Shown piece by piece: positions 1 through 9,118 of a stretch of 38,673 bases of DNA. The stretch is taken from positions 1 to 38,673 of the forward strand of contig JAYGCM010000072.1 in assembly GCA_046583355.1 (NCBI GenBank). The letters run 5' to 3'. The notes under the pieces were generated by a model. That model worked only from the letters and a program-made list of their open reading frames with translations. It did no database searches and was not told where the DNA came from. The stretch's first letter is position 1; the number at the start of each line of letters is the position of its first letter. The translations under genes and the position numbers were made by a program. This DNA comes from Deltaproteobacteria bacterium. GTDB taxonomy: Bacteria; Desulfobacterota; Binatia; UBA12015.

Positions 1-1014
1 CTCACTCTTTCGGTCGCGGCCGGGAGAATGCTCCTGCGGCCGCAGAATGCCCGCGGTGCATTTGATAGCGCCGCTGCCGAACTCGACCCGCCCGCCAAGT
101 GGCCCACGCTCACGCGTGCGCCACTTGGCGCCACGGGCTTCGAGGCAAGCCCGCTGGTCTTCGGCTGTGGTGCAGCGCTCTCGCGCCGGCGCCGTGACCA
201 ACTCCTGGACGCGGCCTTTGCCGCCGGCATCAACGTCTTCGACGTCGGCCACCGCGCCTACTACGGCAACGCCGAGAAACATCTCGCACCCTTCCTCGCA
301 CGACACCGCGACGAGGTCTTTCTCATCTCCAAGGGGCTGGCCGGTCATGAACTCGGCCCTGCCGATGCCATCACGCCGGCGCTAGCGAAGGCGGCCGCCA
401 CTATGTGGTCGAAATTCCTCGACGAGAGCCTGAAAGAACTCGCGGTCGAGCAGGTCGACGCCTATTATTTCATGGCCCAGAACAACGCGGCACTAGTCGA
501 GAGCGACGAGATGCAAGGCGCTGCCGCCACTGCAAAGAAAGCCGGCAAATTCCGCTTCCTCGGCCTCAGCACACACCAGAATCAGGAAAATGTCCTCGAA
601 GCGGCCATGCGCACCGGGAACTTCGGCCTCGCGATGATCGCCGTCACGCCGGCCGGTTGGTATAATTGGATTGATAAGGGCATCTCACCCGACTCGCCGC
701 CGATGAACGAGTTGCAGCCCTTCCTGGCCAAAGTACGCGCCTCGGGGATCGGCCTGGTCGGCATGAAAGCCGGGCGCTATCTCTCCGGTGGCTTCCCGCT
801 GGGCTGGTCGACCCCTTCGGCCTTCGACGCCTATTATTCGAAGGACTACCTGCAAAACGACCTCTCCGGCTTCCAGCGCAGCTACGCATTTGTGTTGGCA
901 CACGGCCTGAATGTCGTGAACGCCGATATGCAATCGATGGCACATCTGCGCGAAAACGTGATCGCCGCCGCCGAGTCCGCGAAATTCTTCAGCGCGGACA
1001 GCGCCAAGGCTTAG
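1..1014 (+). CDS. Aldo/keto reductase family protein (5'-partial; frame open to window edge)
   Basis: AKR-like motifs LGATGFEASPLVFG, GINVFDVG..AYYG, VFLISK, L.EL..EQVDAYY, GKFRFLGLSTH, GLVGMK. Frame is open from base 1 (LTLSVAAGRM...), so the true start may lie upstream. Confidence 0.8.
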   Translation, partial: LTLSVAAGRMLLRPQNARGAFDSAAAELDPPAKWPTLTRAPLGATGFEASPLVFGCGAALSRRRRDQLLDAAFAAGINVFDVGHRAYYGNAEKHLAPFLARHRDEVFLISKGLAGHELGPADAITPALAKAAATMWSKFLDESLKELAVEQVDAYYFMAQNNAALVESDEMQGAAATAKKAGKFRFLGLSTHQNQENVLEAAMRTGNFGLAMIAVTPAGWYNWIDKGISPDSPPMNELQPFLAKVRASGIGLVGMKAGRYLSGGFPLGWSTPSAFDAYYSKDYLQNDLSGFQRSYAFVLAHGLNVVNADMQSMAHLRENVIAAAESAKFFSADSAKA

Positions 1015-1080
1015 GGCTAGCCGCTCCTCTGTCGCCACGCGGGCCGCCCGGCCGAACGCGAGCGGGCGAGCGGATGCAAA

Positions 1081-2592
1081 TCAGACCTCGGATGTCGGGC
1101 GCGAAAGGAGTTGCTCGAGAATCAGAGCGCGCTGGACCTGACCCGTAGCGGGCGTGCGTGGCAGCGCAGGCAGGAACTCCAACCGACGCGGCCGCTTGAA
1201 CGCCGCGAGACCGGCGGTCGCGTCGCGAATCTCGGCCAGCGTGATCGCCGCATCCTCGGCCAGCACCACTACCGCGCAGACCAGTTCACCCCATTCGTCG
1301 TCGGGCACGCCGACGACAGCAATCTCCGCGATTGCTCCATGCCCCACCAGAACGGCCTCGACCTCGGTGGGCGCCACGGCTTCGCCGCCGGTGCGGATCA
1401 ACTCCTTGACCCGACCCGTGACCGAGAGATAGCCCTCCTCATCGAGCGAGCCGAGATCACCGGTATGGTACCAGCCCTCCCGCAGGGCTTCGACACTTGC
1501 CTGCGGATTCTCGAAATAGCCGTCCATCAGATACGGCGCACGCAGGCAGATCTCGCCGCCCTCGGTCAAGCGCAGCTCGACCAGCGGCGAGGGTTTGCCG
1601 ACGCTACCGGGCTTGCGCAGCACATCGGCATCCATCAGGCAGGTGGCGGAACCCGATTCGGTCGAGCCGTAGAAGATGCGCAACGCGGTACCCGGAAATC
1701 TATCCTTGAGAGCGCGCAGGAGTTCGATCGGAGTCGCGGATGTACCCGTATCGACTACGCGCAGACTGCTGGTATCGAAGCGCTTGGGGTCGATCTCGAG
1801 AATTCTTCGCCAGATGGCCGGGATGCCGTAGAGGCGGTTGGCCGCGCAGGCTTCGACGGCATGGAGAATCTCCTCGGCCGTAGCGACGGGCACGAACGCG
1901 ATCTCCCCCTGCGTCTGCCAGGCGCCCAGCGCCAGGGTGAAGGCGGCCATATGGAAGAGCGGGAACATACAGACACAGCGCTCGCTCTCGGTGAGAAAGG
2001 CACCCTGATACGTGCGCAGGAAGTTCGCGCGGTGGGAGAGCACAACTCCCTTTGGCGCACCCGTGCTGCCGCTGGTGAAGAAGATCACGTGCGGGTCTTC
2101 TTCGCGCAACGCGGGCTCCGAGACTTCGCCCGCAGACGGCGGCAGAGCCTCGGCATCGAGATCCACGGCGTCGCCCACCGCCGGGGCGCCCGCGATCCGA
2201 CCCAGCAACGACACGCCGAGCCGCCGGCGCAACTCGGCCGCTGCCTCGAAATGTTCGGGATCGGCGACCAGCAGCTTCGGCCTGGCCATCTCGGCGATCG
2301 GCAGCGCTTCGCCGAGACCGAGGCGCGCGTTGAGCGGCGCGAAGACCGCACCGAGCTTTGCCGCCGCGACAAAAAGCGGCAGCACCTCAAGACAGGTGTC
2401 GGCCCAGGTGACGATCGTGTCGCCATGGCCGATGCCGCGCCGGCGCAGCTCGGCCGCGACCGCGTTTGACTGCGCATTGAGTTCGCCGTGGGTGAGCGAG
2501 CGCCCCGACATCCAGGCCGCGCGCCGCTGCGGGAATGCCTCTGCATTGCGCCGAACCACATCGCCGACCAACAAAGATCCGCTGCTTGCCAT
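1081..2592 (-). CDS. Acyl-CoA synthetase / AMP-binding (ANL superfamily) enzyme
   Basis: FFTSGSTGAPKG, FYGSTE, GWYHTGDLG, GRVKELIRTGGE. Start placed at ATG 2592 (MASSGSLLVGD); the longer ORF extension looks non-coding. Confidence 0.9.
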   Translation of the reverse strand: MASSGSLLVGDVVRRNAEAFPQRRAAWMSGRSLTHGELNAQSNAVAAELRRRGIGHGDTIVTWADTCLEVLPLFVAAAKLGAVFAPLNARLGLGEALPIAEMARPKLLVADPEHFEAAAELRRRLGVSLLGRIAGAPAVGDAVDLDAEALPPSAGEVSEPALREEDPHVIFFTSGSTGAPKGVVLSHRANFLRTYQGAFLTESERCVCMFPLFHMAAFTLALGAWQTQGEIAFVPVATAEEILHAVEACAANRLYGIPAIWRRILEIDPKRFDTSSLRVVDTGTSATPIELLRALKDRFPGTALRIFYGSTESGSATCLMDADVLRKPGSVGKPSPLVELRLTEGGEICLRAPYLMDGYFENPQASVEALREGWYHTGDLGSLDEEGYLSVTGRVKELIRTGGEAVAPTEVEAVLVGHGAIAEIAVVGVPDDEWGELVCAVVVLAEDAAITLAEIRDATAGLAAFKRPRRLEFLPALPRTPATGQVQRALILEQLLSRPTSEV

Positions 2593-2724
2593 GCCTTGTC
2601 CAAGCGCCTCCCCGCGCCGGGCGCAAGCGAACCGGGCCGGGTCCGGGCGGCCCGGAGGCCCAGCCGAAAGGTCCGGCGGTATCCGAGCGCCGCTTGCGGC
2701 CCAGCCTCTGAGGGCGAAATCGGC

Positions 2725-2753
2725 TTGCATGGCCGGCGTTGTGGGAATAGAGT
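2725..2753 (+). promoter_or_regulatory. Candidate sigma70-type promoter for the dehydrogenase-OFOR operon
   Basis: TTGCAT (2725-2730), 17-bp spacer, TAGAGT (2748-2753), in the AT-richer part of the divergent intergenic region. Confidence 0.5.
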
Positions 2754-2777
2754 TCCGATAATAGAGAATGGCATTCC
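2744..2777. promoter_or_regulatory. Two tandem imperfect palindromes, candidate TetR operators
   Basis: GGAATAGAGTTCC (2744-2756) and AGAATGGCATTCC (2765-2777); consensus RGAAT-N3-RTTCC, 21 bp apart, overlapping the -10 box and the predicted start site. Confidence 0.5.
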
Positions 2778-2861
2778 GGCTTTTGCCGACGTGGCCGGAA
2801 GCAGCGCAGCGGTTGTGCCGAGCGACCCGGGGGCCGCGGACAAGCCAACCGATAGACGACT

Positions 2862-3821
2862 ATGAATTCCGACGAGACACCGAGAAATGTGCATGTGCTG
2901 GCGACCTTTCCCGAGGCGATGCTGGCGCGCGTCGTGGATGAGGTTCCCGGCGCCACGGTGGCGCAGGTCTCCGGCGATGCCCCACCGCCGGCCGGGACAC
3001 GCGGCGAGGTGCTGCTGATCCCGCCCTGGGACCCGGGCAACCTCAAGCAGCTTCTCGCCTGTGGCGTGCGCTGGCTGCATACCATCGGCACCGGGGTCGA
3101 CCGCCTCCCGCTCGACCAGCTCGGGGCGATCTCACTGACCTGCTCGCGCGGTGCCAGCGCCGTGCCGATCTCGGAGTGGATCCTCGCCGCCATGCTCGCG
3201 CACGAAAAGCAGATGCCGCAGACCTGGCTCGCAACAGCACCCCCCAAACCGGAGTACCCGCGGCTCGGCACGCTGCACGGCAGGACACTCGGCCTGATCG
3301 GACTCGGGTCCATCGGCGAAGCGACCGCCCGGCACGCACACAGCTTCGGTATGCGAGTGGTGGCGCTGCGCCGCACCGGCAAGCCCAGCGGTGTCGCCGG
3401 CGTCGAGGTCGTGCGCGAGATCGCCGAGCTTCTCGCCGCCGCCGACCATATCGTGCTGGCTCTGCCGCTCACTCCAGCCAGCCGCCACATCATCAACGCC
3501 GACTCACTCGCCGCCATCCCGGCCGGCGCCGGCGTACATCTGATCAATATTTCGCGCGGTGCCCTGGTGGACCAGGAAGCCCTCCGCCCGGCGCTCGAGG
3601 ATGGACGCATTGCGTGCGCAACGCTCGACGTAACCGAGCCCGAACCGCCGCCCGCCGGTCATTGGCTCTACGCCCACGACCGCGTTCGTGTCAGCGCGCA
3701 TGTCTCATGGAGCGCGCCGAACGCCTTCGAGCTTCTTCTCGATACCTTCATCGCGAACCTCAAACGCTACCAGGCAGGCGCGACACTTGAAGGCGTCGTC
3801 AACATTAAAGAAGGGTATTGA
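2862..3821 (+). CDS. D-isomer-specific 2-hydroxyacid dehydrogenase (NAD(P)-binding)
   Basis: GLIGLGSIG Rossmann motif; catalytic Arg/Glu/His in INISRG, DVTEPEP, SAHVSW. Confidence 0.9.
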   Translation: MNSDETPRNVHVLATFPEAMLARVVDEVPGATVAQVSGDAPPPAGTRGEVLLIPPWDPGNLKQLLACGVRWLHTIGTGVDRLPLDQLGAISLTCSRGASAVPISEWILAAMLAHEKQMPQTWLATAPPKPEYPRLGTLHGRTLGLIGLGSIGEATARHAHSFGMRVVALRRTGKPSGVAGVEVVREIAELLAAADHIVLALPLTPASRHIINADSLAAIPAGAGVHLINISRGALVDQEALRPALEDGRIACATLDVTEPEPPPAGHWLYAHDRVRVSAHVSWSAPNAFELLLDTFIANLKRYQAGATLEGVVNIKEGY

Positions 3822-3844
3822 GAACTTCGCCTTCGAGTCCAACC

Positions 3845-4183
3845 ATGTCAGATAATCTTACAGACAAAAGAAAATTCGACGACATCGCCTCGAAGATCCT
3901 CTTCGAGAACGAGCGTGTCCGCATTTGGGAGCTCCGCTTGCCTGCCGGCAGTGAGGGTCCCCTTCACCAACACTTGCTCGACCATATTCTGATCCAGATC
4001 AGCGGCGACCGTATTGCCGTGGTGCCGGAGCCCGATACGCAGAGCCCGTGGAAAGATTATCTCGAAGCCGATGTCGTGCCCGGACACGTGAACTTCATCC
4101 CCCGCGGCGGCATCGAGCGTGCGCGCAATGTCGGCCAGAAGGAATTCCATGAGATCATCGTGGAGTTGAAGGAAAGGAAATAA
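3845..4183 (+). CDS. Cupin-domain protein
   Basis: LFENERVRIWELRLPAG...LHQH...EIIVELK small-cupin pattern; ATG at 3845; stop overlaps next start (TAATG). Confidence 0.8.
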   Translation: MSDNLTDKRKFDDIASKILFENERVRIWELRLPAGSEGPLHQHLLDHILIQISGDRIAVVPEPDTQSPWKDYLEADVVPGHVNFIPRGGIERARNVGQKEFHEIIVELKERK

Positions 4184-4920
4184 TGCGCGCTCTCCAACAG
4201 GCCACGCTTCCGGCCGAAGCCGGCTCGCGGCGGCGGCGCGCCGTCGACCGTGCCGTCGAGGCCCGACGCGCCGTCTACGACGACGAGGTGCGCCGCCTGA
4301 TCGATGCCGGATTCGCCGTGGTACGCAAAACCGGCAACCTCGACCCGCGCATCGGCGAAATCGTGGCCGCCGCCGATCTCTCGAACCAGGCCTTCTACCG
4401 CCATTTCCCCTCGAAGAACGATCTGCTCCTGGCCATGCTCGACGAGGGCATCCGGCGACTGCGCGGCTACGTCGAGCACCGCATGGAAAAAGCGCCAGAC
4501 CCACTCGCGAAGATCCGTGCCGGTCTCGACGCCATCCTCGAACAGGCATTGCGCCCGCAAGCGGCGGCAGCGACACGCCCCTTCGCGCTCTCGCGCGGAC
4601 GTCTGGCCGAGGTCTTTCCGCAAGAAGTTGCCGCCACCGAGCGACAGCTGACGCAGCTCTTCGAAGCCGCCATCGCCAAGGCGCGCAAGGACGGTGCCTT
4701 GCCCTTGGCCGACCCCGCACGCGACGCGCAGCTGCTCTACGGTCTTGCGATGGGATGGGTCGAGCGCCGCCTCGCCGATCCGAACCCTTCTGGCAAGGCC
4801 GACGCGGCGCACCTGGTTGCGTTTGCGCTGCGCGGCCTCGCCCGCGACGACGCGAAGCCCGCAACGCGACGCCCGACCACAAAACGCGACAAGCGTACGG
4901 AGGTCCGCCATGGAACATGA
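4183..4920 (+). CDS. TetR/AcrR family transcriptional regulator
   Basis: HTH segment IGEIVAAADLSNQAFYRHFPSKNDLL. Confidence 0.9.
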   Translation: MRALQQATLPAEAGSRRRRAVDRAVEARRAVYDDEVRRLIDAGFAVVRKTGNLDPRIGEIVAAADLSNQAFYRHFPSKNDLLLAMLDEGIRRLRGYVEHRMEKAPDPLAKIRAGLDAILEQALRPQAAAATRPFALSRGRLAEVFPQEVAATERQLTQLFEAAIAKARKDGALPLADPARDAQLLYGLAMGWVERRLADPNPSGKADAAHLVAFALRGLARDDAKPATRRPTTKRDKRTEVRHGT

Positions 4921-5494
4921 GATTCTCCTGACCGGCATTGGCGGGCAAGGCGTGCAGCTCGCTGCCCGGATCCTCGCGCAGGCGGCTACACTCGAAGGAC
5001 GTGAGGTAATGAGCCTCGGTACCTACGGCGGCACCATGCGCGGCGGCAGTACAGACGCGACCATTGTGGTGGCCGACCAGCGCATCGTCTCGCCACCGAT
5101 CGTCGCCGAGGCAGGCTCGGCGCTCGCGATGCACCACGCCTTCTGGTCTCCCGTCGCGGCCAAACTTCGTGCGGGCGCCGTGGTCGTTCTGAATTCGACC
5201 GTGTTCGACCAACCGCTCGAACGCACGGACCTCAAGCTCTTCGAGGTGCCCGCAACACGACTGGCAAACGAGCTCGGCAATACCATGGCCGCCTCTCTGG
5301 TTCTGCTCGGGGCTTGGACCGCGTTGCGTGGTTTCGTTTCGCTCGAAAGCCTGCTTGCGGCGATGGAAGCCGCCGTCCCTTCCTACCGCAGCCAACATAT
5401 CGAAAGCAACGCCGCGGCCCTGCGCTGCGGATACGACGCCCTTCCGGCGAATACCGCGCCGGCATGGCCGAGTGCGGAAAGGGTGCGCGCATGA
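4910..5494 (+). CDS. 2-oxoacid:ferredoxin oxidoreductase gamma subunit
   Basis: EILLTGIGGQGVQL, YGGTMRGG; SD GGAGG before ATG 4910. Confidence 0.9.
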   Translation: MEHEILLTGIGGQGVQLAARILAQAATLEGREVMSLGTYGGTMRGGSTDATIVVADQRIVSPPIVAEAGSALAMHHAFWSPVAAKLRAGAVVVLNSTVFDQPLERTDLKLFEVPATRLANELGNTMAASLVLLGAWTALRGFVSLESLLAAMEAAVPSYRSQHIESNAAALRCGYDALPANTAPAWPSAERVRA

Positions 5495-5748
5495 CGGCCA
5501 TCGAAAGCCGCGGCACGGTCACCATCGCGACCGAGCGCTGCAAGGGCTGCGAGCTTTGTATCCCCGCCTGCAAGCCCGGCGTGCTCAGCATGTCGACCAG
5601 ACGCAACCAGCTAGGCGTGCCCTACCCCGAGCTGAGTCCCGGTTGCACGGCCTGCAATGCGTGCTTGCTGGTCTGCCCCGACCTCTGCTTCGAGGTCTAC
5701 GTCTTCGCCGAGCCCATGCTGCATACAAGCCAAGGAGTACAACCATGA
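5491..5748 (+). CDS. 2[4Fe-4S] ferredoxin / OFOR delta subunit
   Basis: Two CxxCxxCxxxC motifs (CKGCELCIPAC, CTACNACLLVCP); ATGA overlap with the gamma subunit. Confidence 0.92.
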   Translation: MTAIESRGTVTIATERCKGCELCIPACKPGVLSMSTRRNQLGVPYPELSPGCTACNACLLVCPDLCFEVYVFAEPMLHTSQGVQP

Positions 5749-6827
5749 GTCGCATCTTGATGGAGGGCTCCGAGGCCATCGCGCGTGCCGCCATTGTCGC
5801 CGGCTGCCGCTTCTTCGCCGGCTATCCGATGACACCCTTCACCGAGCTGCTCGAGCATTTTGCCCGCGAGCTGCCCGAGACCGAAGGCGGCGTCGCGATC
5901 AACGCCGAGAGCGAGATCGAGGCGATCGGCATGGCTTGGGGCGCTCTGGCTACCGGCGCGCGTGCGGCGACCGGTGCCACCGGCCAGGGCCTGGCCCTGA
6001 TGCAGGAATCGCTGGCCGAGATCACCCGCGCCGAGCTGCCGCTGGTCTATTTCAATATGGCACGGGGGCAAGGCGATTATTTCCAGGCCACCCGCGGCGG
6101 CGGCCACGGCGATTACCACCATATCGTGCTTGCCCCGATCGATGTGCATGAAGCCATCGTGCATACCCAGACCGCGTTTGACCTGGCCGACCGCTGGCGC
6201 AACCCGGTGATGATCTACGGTGATTATTTTCTCGCCCATACCAGCGAGGCCGTGGAGATCGAGAAAATCGACTTCCCGCCGCTGCCCGAGAAACTCTGGG
6301 CGGTCGATGGCTCGCGCAATGGCTCCGGTCGCGCACGCAATATCAACCCCATCGGCATGGAGCTCGGCCGCAAGGGAATCGAACCCGAGAGCTTCTGGCA
6401 GCGCCTGCAAGACAAGCATGAATTGATCGCTTCTTCCTGCGCGCAATCCGAGGCAGAATTCTGTGAGGATGCCGAGATCGTGCTGGTTGCCTTCGGCACC
6501 ATGGCGCGCTTTGCCCGCCATGTCGTCCGTCGCCTGCGCGAAGAGGGCATCGCGATCGGACTCTTCCGCCCCATCACGCTCTGGCCCTTCCCCACCGAGG
6601 CCTTGGTGGCCGCAACGAAGAGCGCGGCGCAGGTCGGCGTATTGGAACAAAACGCGGGCCAGATGATCGACGATGTACGCCTCGCCGTGCTGGGACGCGC
6701 GCCGGTCACCGCCATCGGCGGGATCTCATCCGACGATGCTGGCTTCGGCATCGGCCCTCTCTACGATACCGGCGTCATCCGCGAGCGGCTGCGCGAGCGC
6801 CTCGCACTGCCGGGAGCAGCCTCATGA
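5745..6827 (+). CDS. 2-oxoacid:ferredoxin oxidoreductase alpha subunit (Vor-like)
   Basis: GSEAIARAA, FAGYPMTP, AESEIEA, QGDYFQATRGGGHGDY, FRPITLWPFP, EQNAGQM; SD AAGGAG. Confidence 0.9.
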   Translation: MSRILMEGSEAIARAAIVAGCRFFAGYPMTPFTELLEHFARELPETEGGVAINAESEIEAIGMAWGALATGARAATGATGQGLALMQESLAEITRAELPLVYFNMARGQGDYFQATRGGGHGDYHHIVLAPIDVHEAIVHTQTAFDLADRWRNPVMIYGDYFLAHTSEAVEIEKIDFPPLPEKLWAVDGSRNGSGRARNINPIGMELGRKGIEPESFWQRLQDKHELIASSCAQSEAEFCEDAEIVLVAFGTMARFARHVVRRLREEGIAIGLFRPITLWPFPTEALVAATKSAAQVGVLEQNAGQMIDDVRLAVLGRAPVTAIGGISSDDAGFGIGPLYDTGVIRERLRERLALPGAAS

Positions 6828-7612
6828 GCGAATCGAAGACCCTGCTCCAGACAGACAAGGCGCCGAGTGTAGCGGCCGAGAAAGTCTCATCCTCGCGGCC
6901 GCAGCTTCTGCTCTCGGAGGACCACGACCTCTGCGCCGGCTGCGGCGAACCGCTGGCGCTGCGCATGATGCTCGAGGCAATCGAGGAACTCGGCTGCGCC
7001 CAGAAGACCATCGGCGTGATCGGCATCGGTTGCTACACGGCGCTGACCTCGATTCTCGATGTCGACCTCATCCAGGCATTGCACGGCCGTGCACCCTCGC
7101 TGGCCACCGGGGCCAAGCGCATGCGGCCAGATAAATTGATCTTTACGTTGCAGGGCGACGGCGATATGGTCAACGAAGGCCTGCAGGAAGTTCTGCATAC
7201 GGCGGCGCGCGGTGAATCCGTCACCTGCGTGCTGCTGAACAACGGCGTCTTCGGTGAGACCGGCGGCCATATGACCGCCACAACCGTAATCGGGCAACGC
7301 ACCAAGAATACGCTCGAGGGTCGCGACGCCGAGCAGCACGGCCACCCGATTCTGATCGCCGATCTGGTGGCGCAGCTCGGCGGCGCCACCTACGTCGCGC
7401 GCACCAGCGTGCATAATGCAGCCGAGGTCGCGCGCACCCGGCGCGTCCTGCACAAGGCATTCACCAATCAGCTCGAAGACCGCGGCTTTTCCTTCGTCGA
7501 GATCCTGACCATGTGCCCGACCGGCTGGTTCGTACCGACCAAGGAAGGCCCCGACTATTTGGACGAGGTGCTGAGCCCGGTGCACAAGCTCGGCGAACTC
7601 AAGGGCGCCTGA
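6824..7612 (+). CDS. 2-oxoacid:ferredoxin oxidoreductase beta subunit (TPP-binding)
   Basis: CAGCG, GIGC, HGRA, GDGD...NNG TPP motif, EILTMCPTGW. Confidence 0.92.
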   Translation: MSESKTLLQTDKAPSVAAEKVSSSRPQLLLSEDHDLCAGCGEPLALRMMLEAIEELGCAQKTIGVIGIGCYTALTSILDVDLIQALHGRAPSLATGAKRMRPDKLIFTLQGDGDMVNEGLQEVLHTAARGESVTCVLLNNGVFGETGGHMTATTVIGQRTKNTLEGRDAEQHGHPILIADLVAQLGGATYVARTSVHNAAEVARTRRVLHKAFTNQLEDRGFSFVEILTMCPTGWFVPTKEGPDYLDEVLSPVHKLGELKGA

Positions 7613-7761
7613 AACCAGGCATCTGCGCCGGCTTCCTCACACCAGGGGTCGAGGCACCCGACCTCGCTTTCCTTCCGGCCCAAGCCGGACAACCTATGTC
7701 CGGAAAACCTGCTTTGGTTGGAACGGATTCCGCGCCGCACGAGCCCGTCCGGCCACGGCGC

Positions 7762-7791
7762 TTGTCACCGACACCGTGTGGCTTCTATGGT
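7762..7791 (+). promoter_or_regulatory. Candidate sigma70-type promoter of the nuclease/ATPase operon
   Basis: TTGTCA-18 bp-TATGGT, followed by SD GGAGGAG and ATG 7817. Confidence 0.4.
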
Positions 7792-7816
7792 GGGCAGAGG
7801 TCGGGAGGAGAGGGCT

Positions 7817-9118
7817 ATGGTCGAGATACTTTTTGTTGGTGATATTCACCTTGGCCGGCATCCAAGCCGGATTCCCGAGGCGCTAAAGGACTACCAACTC
7901 GAAGCGTCCGGGCTCTCGCCCACGACGGCGTGGTGGAGCACGGTCGCCTGGGCTCTTGCGAAGAAGGTCGATGCACTCGTTTTGGCGGGTGATGTCGTCG
8001 AGAGTCCGGAAGACCGCTTCGAAGCACTCGGCCACCTCGAGAAGGGCGTGCGCCAGCTGGCCGAGGCCGGAATCCAGGTGATTGGTATTGCGGGAAACCA
8101 CGATGTGCTGGCGCTGCCCGGACTCGCCGACCGCATCGACGGCTTCCATCTCCTCGGCCGCGGCGGCAAATGGGAATCCTGCCCCATCACCAATTCCGCC
8201 GGTGAATGCGTCGATCTATTGGGCTGGTCATTCCCAACTCCCCAAGTGCCGACAAACCCTCTGGCAAGCCTCAAATTCAAACCACGCCCGGACGTTGTGA
8301 CGCTCGGCGTCCTACATGGCGACCTCGGCAAGAGGAATAGTGTCTACGCGCCGCTTTCCCGAACCGAGCTGGAGAGCGTGCCGGTGGCCGGATGGTTGCT
8401 CGGGCATATTCATCGCCCCGATGCCCTCGAGGCCGGCCGGCCCATCGGGTATCTCGGCGCCCTCTCTGCCATGGACCCCGGCGAGCCAGGCCTGCATGGC
8501 CCCTGGCATATGCAGATCTCCACGAGCGGGATTGAGGAGATCACCCAGATTCCGCTCGCGCCCATTCGCTATGAAGCGCTTGAGATAAACCTCGAGAACC
8601 TGGCGATCGAGACGGAAGAAACAGCTGCCGATAGCCTCACTACAGGCCTGAGCGAGAGCATCACGCAGCTGCATGAGCGCCTTCGCCCCAGCCTTGGCCA
8701 CCTTCGAGCCGTAGCCTGCCGCGTCGTGGTCGGTGGTCGGATACCGCGCACGCGCTTTGTCGCCGAAGCTATCGAGGGTGACTTCAAGGAACGCATTACA
8801 GAGCGCGATGGGGTTCATTATTTCATTGAAAAAATCATCGACGAAAGCCGCCCCATTCTCGACCTCCAGAAGTTGGCCGGCACCGATGATCCACCAGGGT
8901 TGCTGGCGCGGAAAATTCTCGCATTAGAAGAAGGCGGCGATGCGAGCAATAGGCTCGTGGCCCAGGCCCGACCGCGGCTTGCGAAGGCCTGGGACCAAAC
9001 CAGGGTCGAGGGCGTAGAGAGCAAACCGCCGGAGGTCCGCGCAATTCTCCTCCGAGCCGGCTACGAGGCGCTCGACAGCCTGCTCGCGCAAAAACCCGAT
9101 TTGGAGGTTTCGCCATGA
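7817..9118 (+). CDS. Mre11/SbcD-like metallophosphoesterase nuclease (YhaO-type)
   Basis: Five phosphoesterase motifs DIHLG, LAGDVVE, GNHD, LHGD, LGHIH; ATGA overlap with the downstream ATPase. Confidence 0.9.
   Translation: MVEILFVGDIHLGRHPSRIPEALKDYQLEASGLSPTTAWWSTVAWALAKKVDALVLAGDVVESPEDRFEALGHLEKGVRQLAEAGIQVIGIAGNHDVLALPGLADRIDGFHLLGRGGKWESCPITNSAGECVDLLGWSFPTPQVPTNPLASLKFKPRPDVVTLGVLHGDLGKRNSVYAPLSRTELESVPVAGWLLGHIHRPDALEAGRPIGYLGALSAMDPGEPGLHGPWHMQISTSGIEEITQIPLAPIRYEALEINLENLAIETEETAADSLTTGLSESITQLHERLRPSLGHLRAVACRVVVGGRIPRTRFVAEAIEGDFKERITERDGVHYFIEKIIDESRPILDLQKLAGTDDPPGLLARKILALEEGGDASNRLVAQARPRLAKAWDQTRVEGVESKPPEVRAILLRAGYEALDSLLAQKPDLEVSP

Noticed and set aside
1111..2469. 452-aa plus-strand ORF and the many other Arg/Pro/Ala-rich overlapping ORFs in the track
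   Set aside because: Off-frame or antisense to well-supported genes; composition typical of GC-rich shadow frames.
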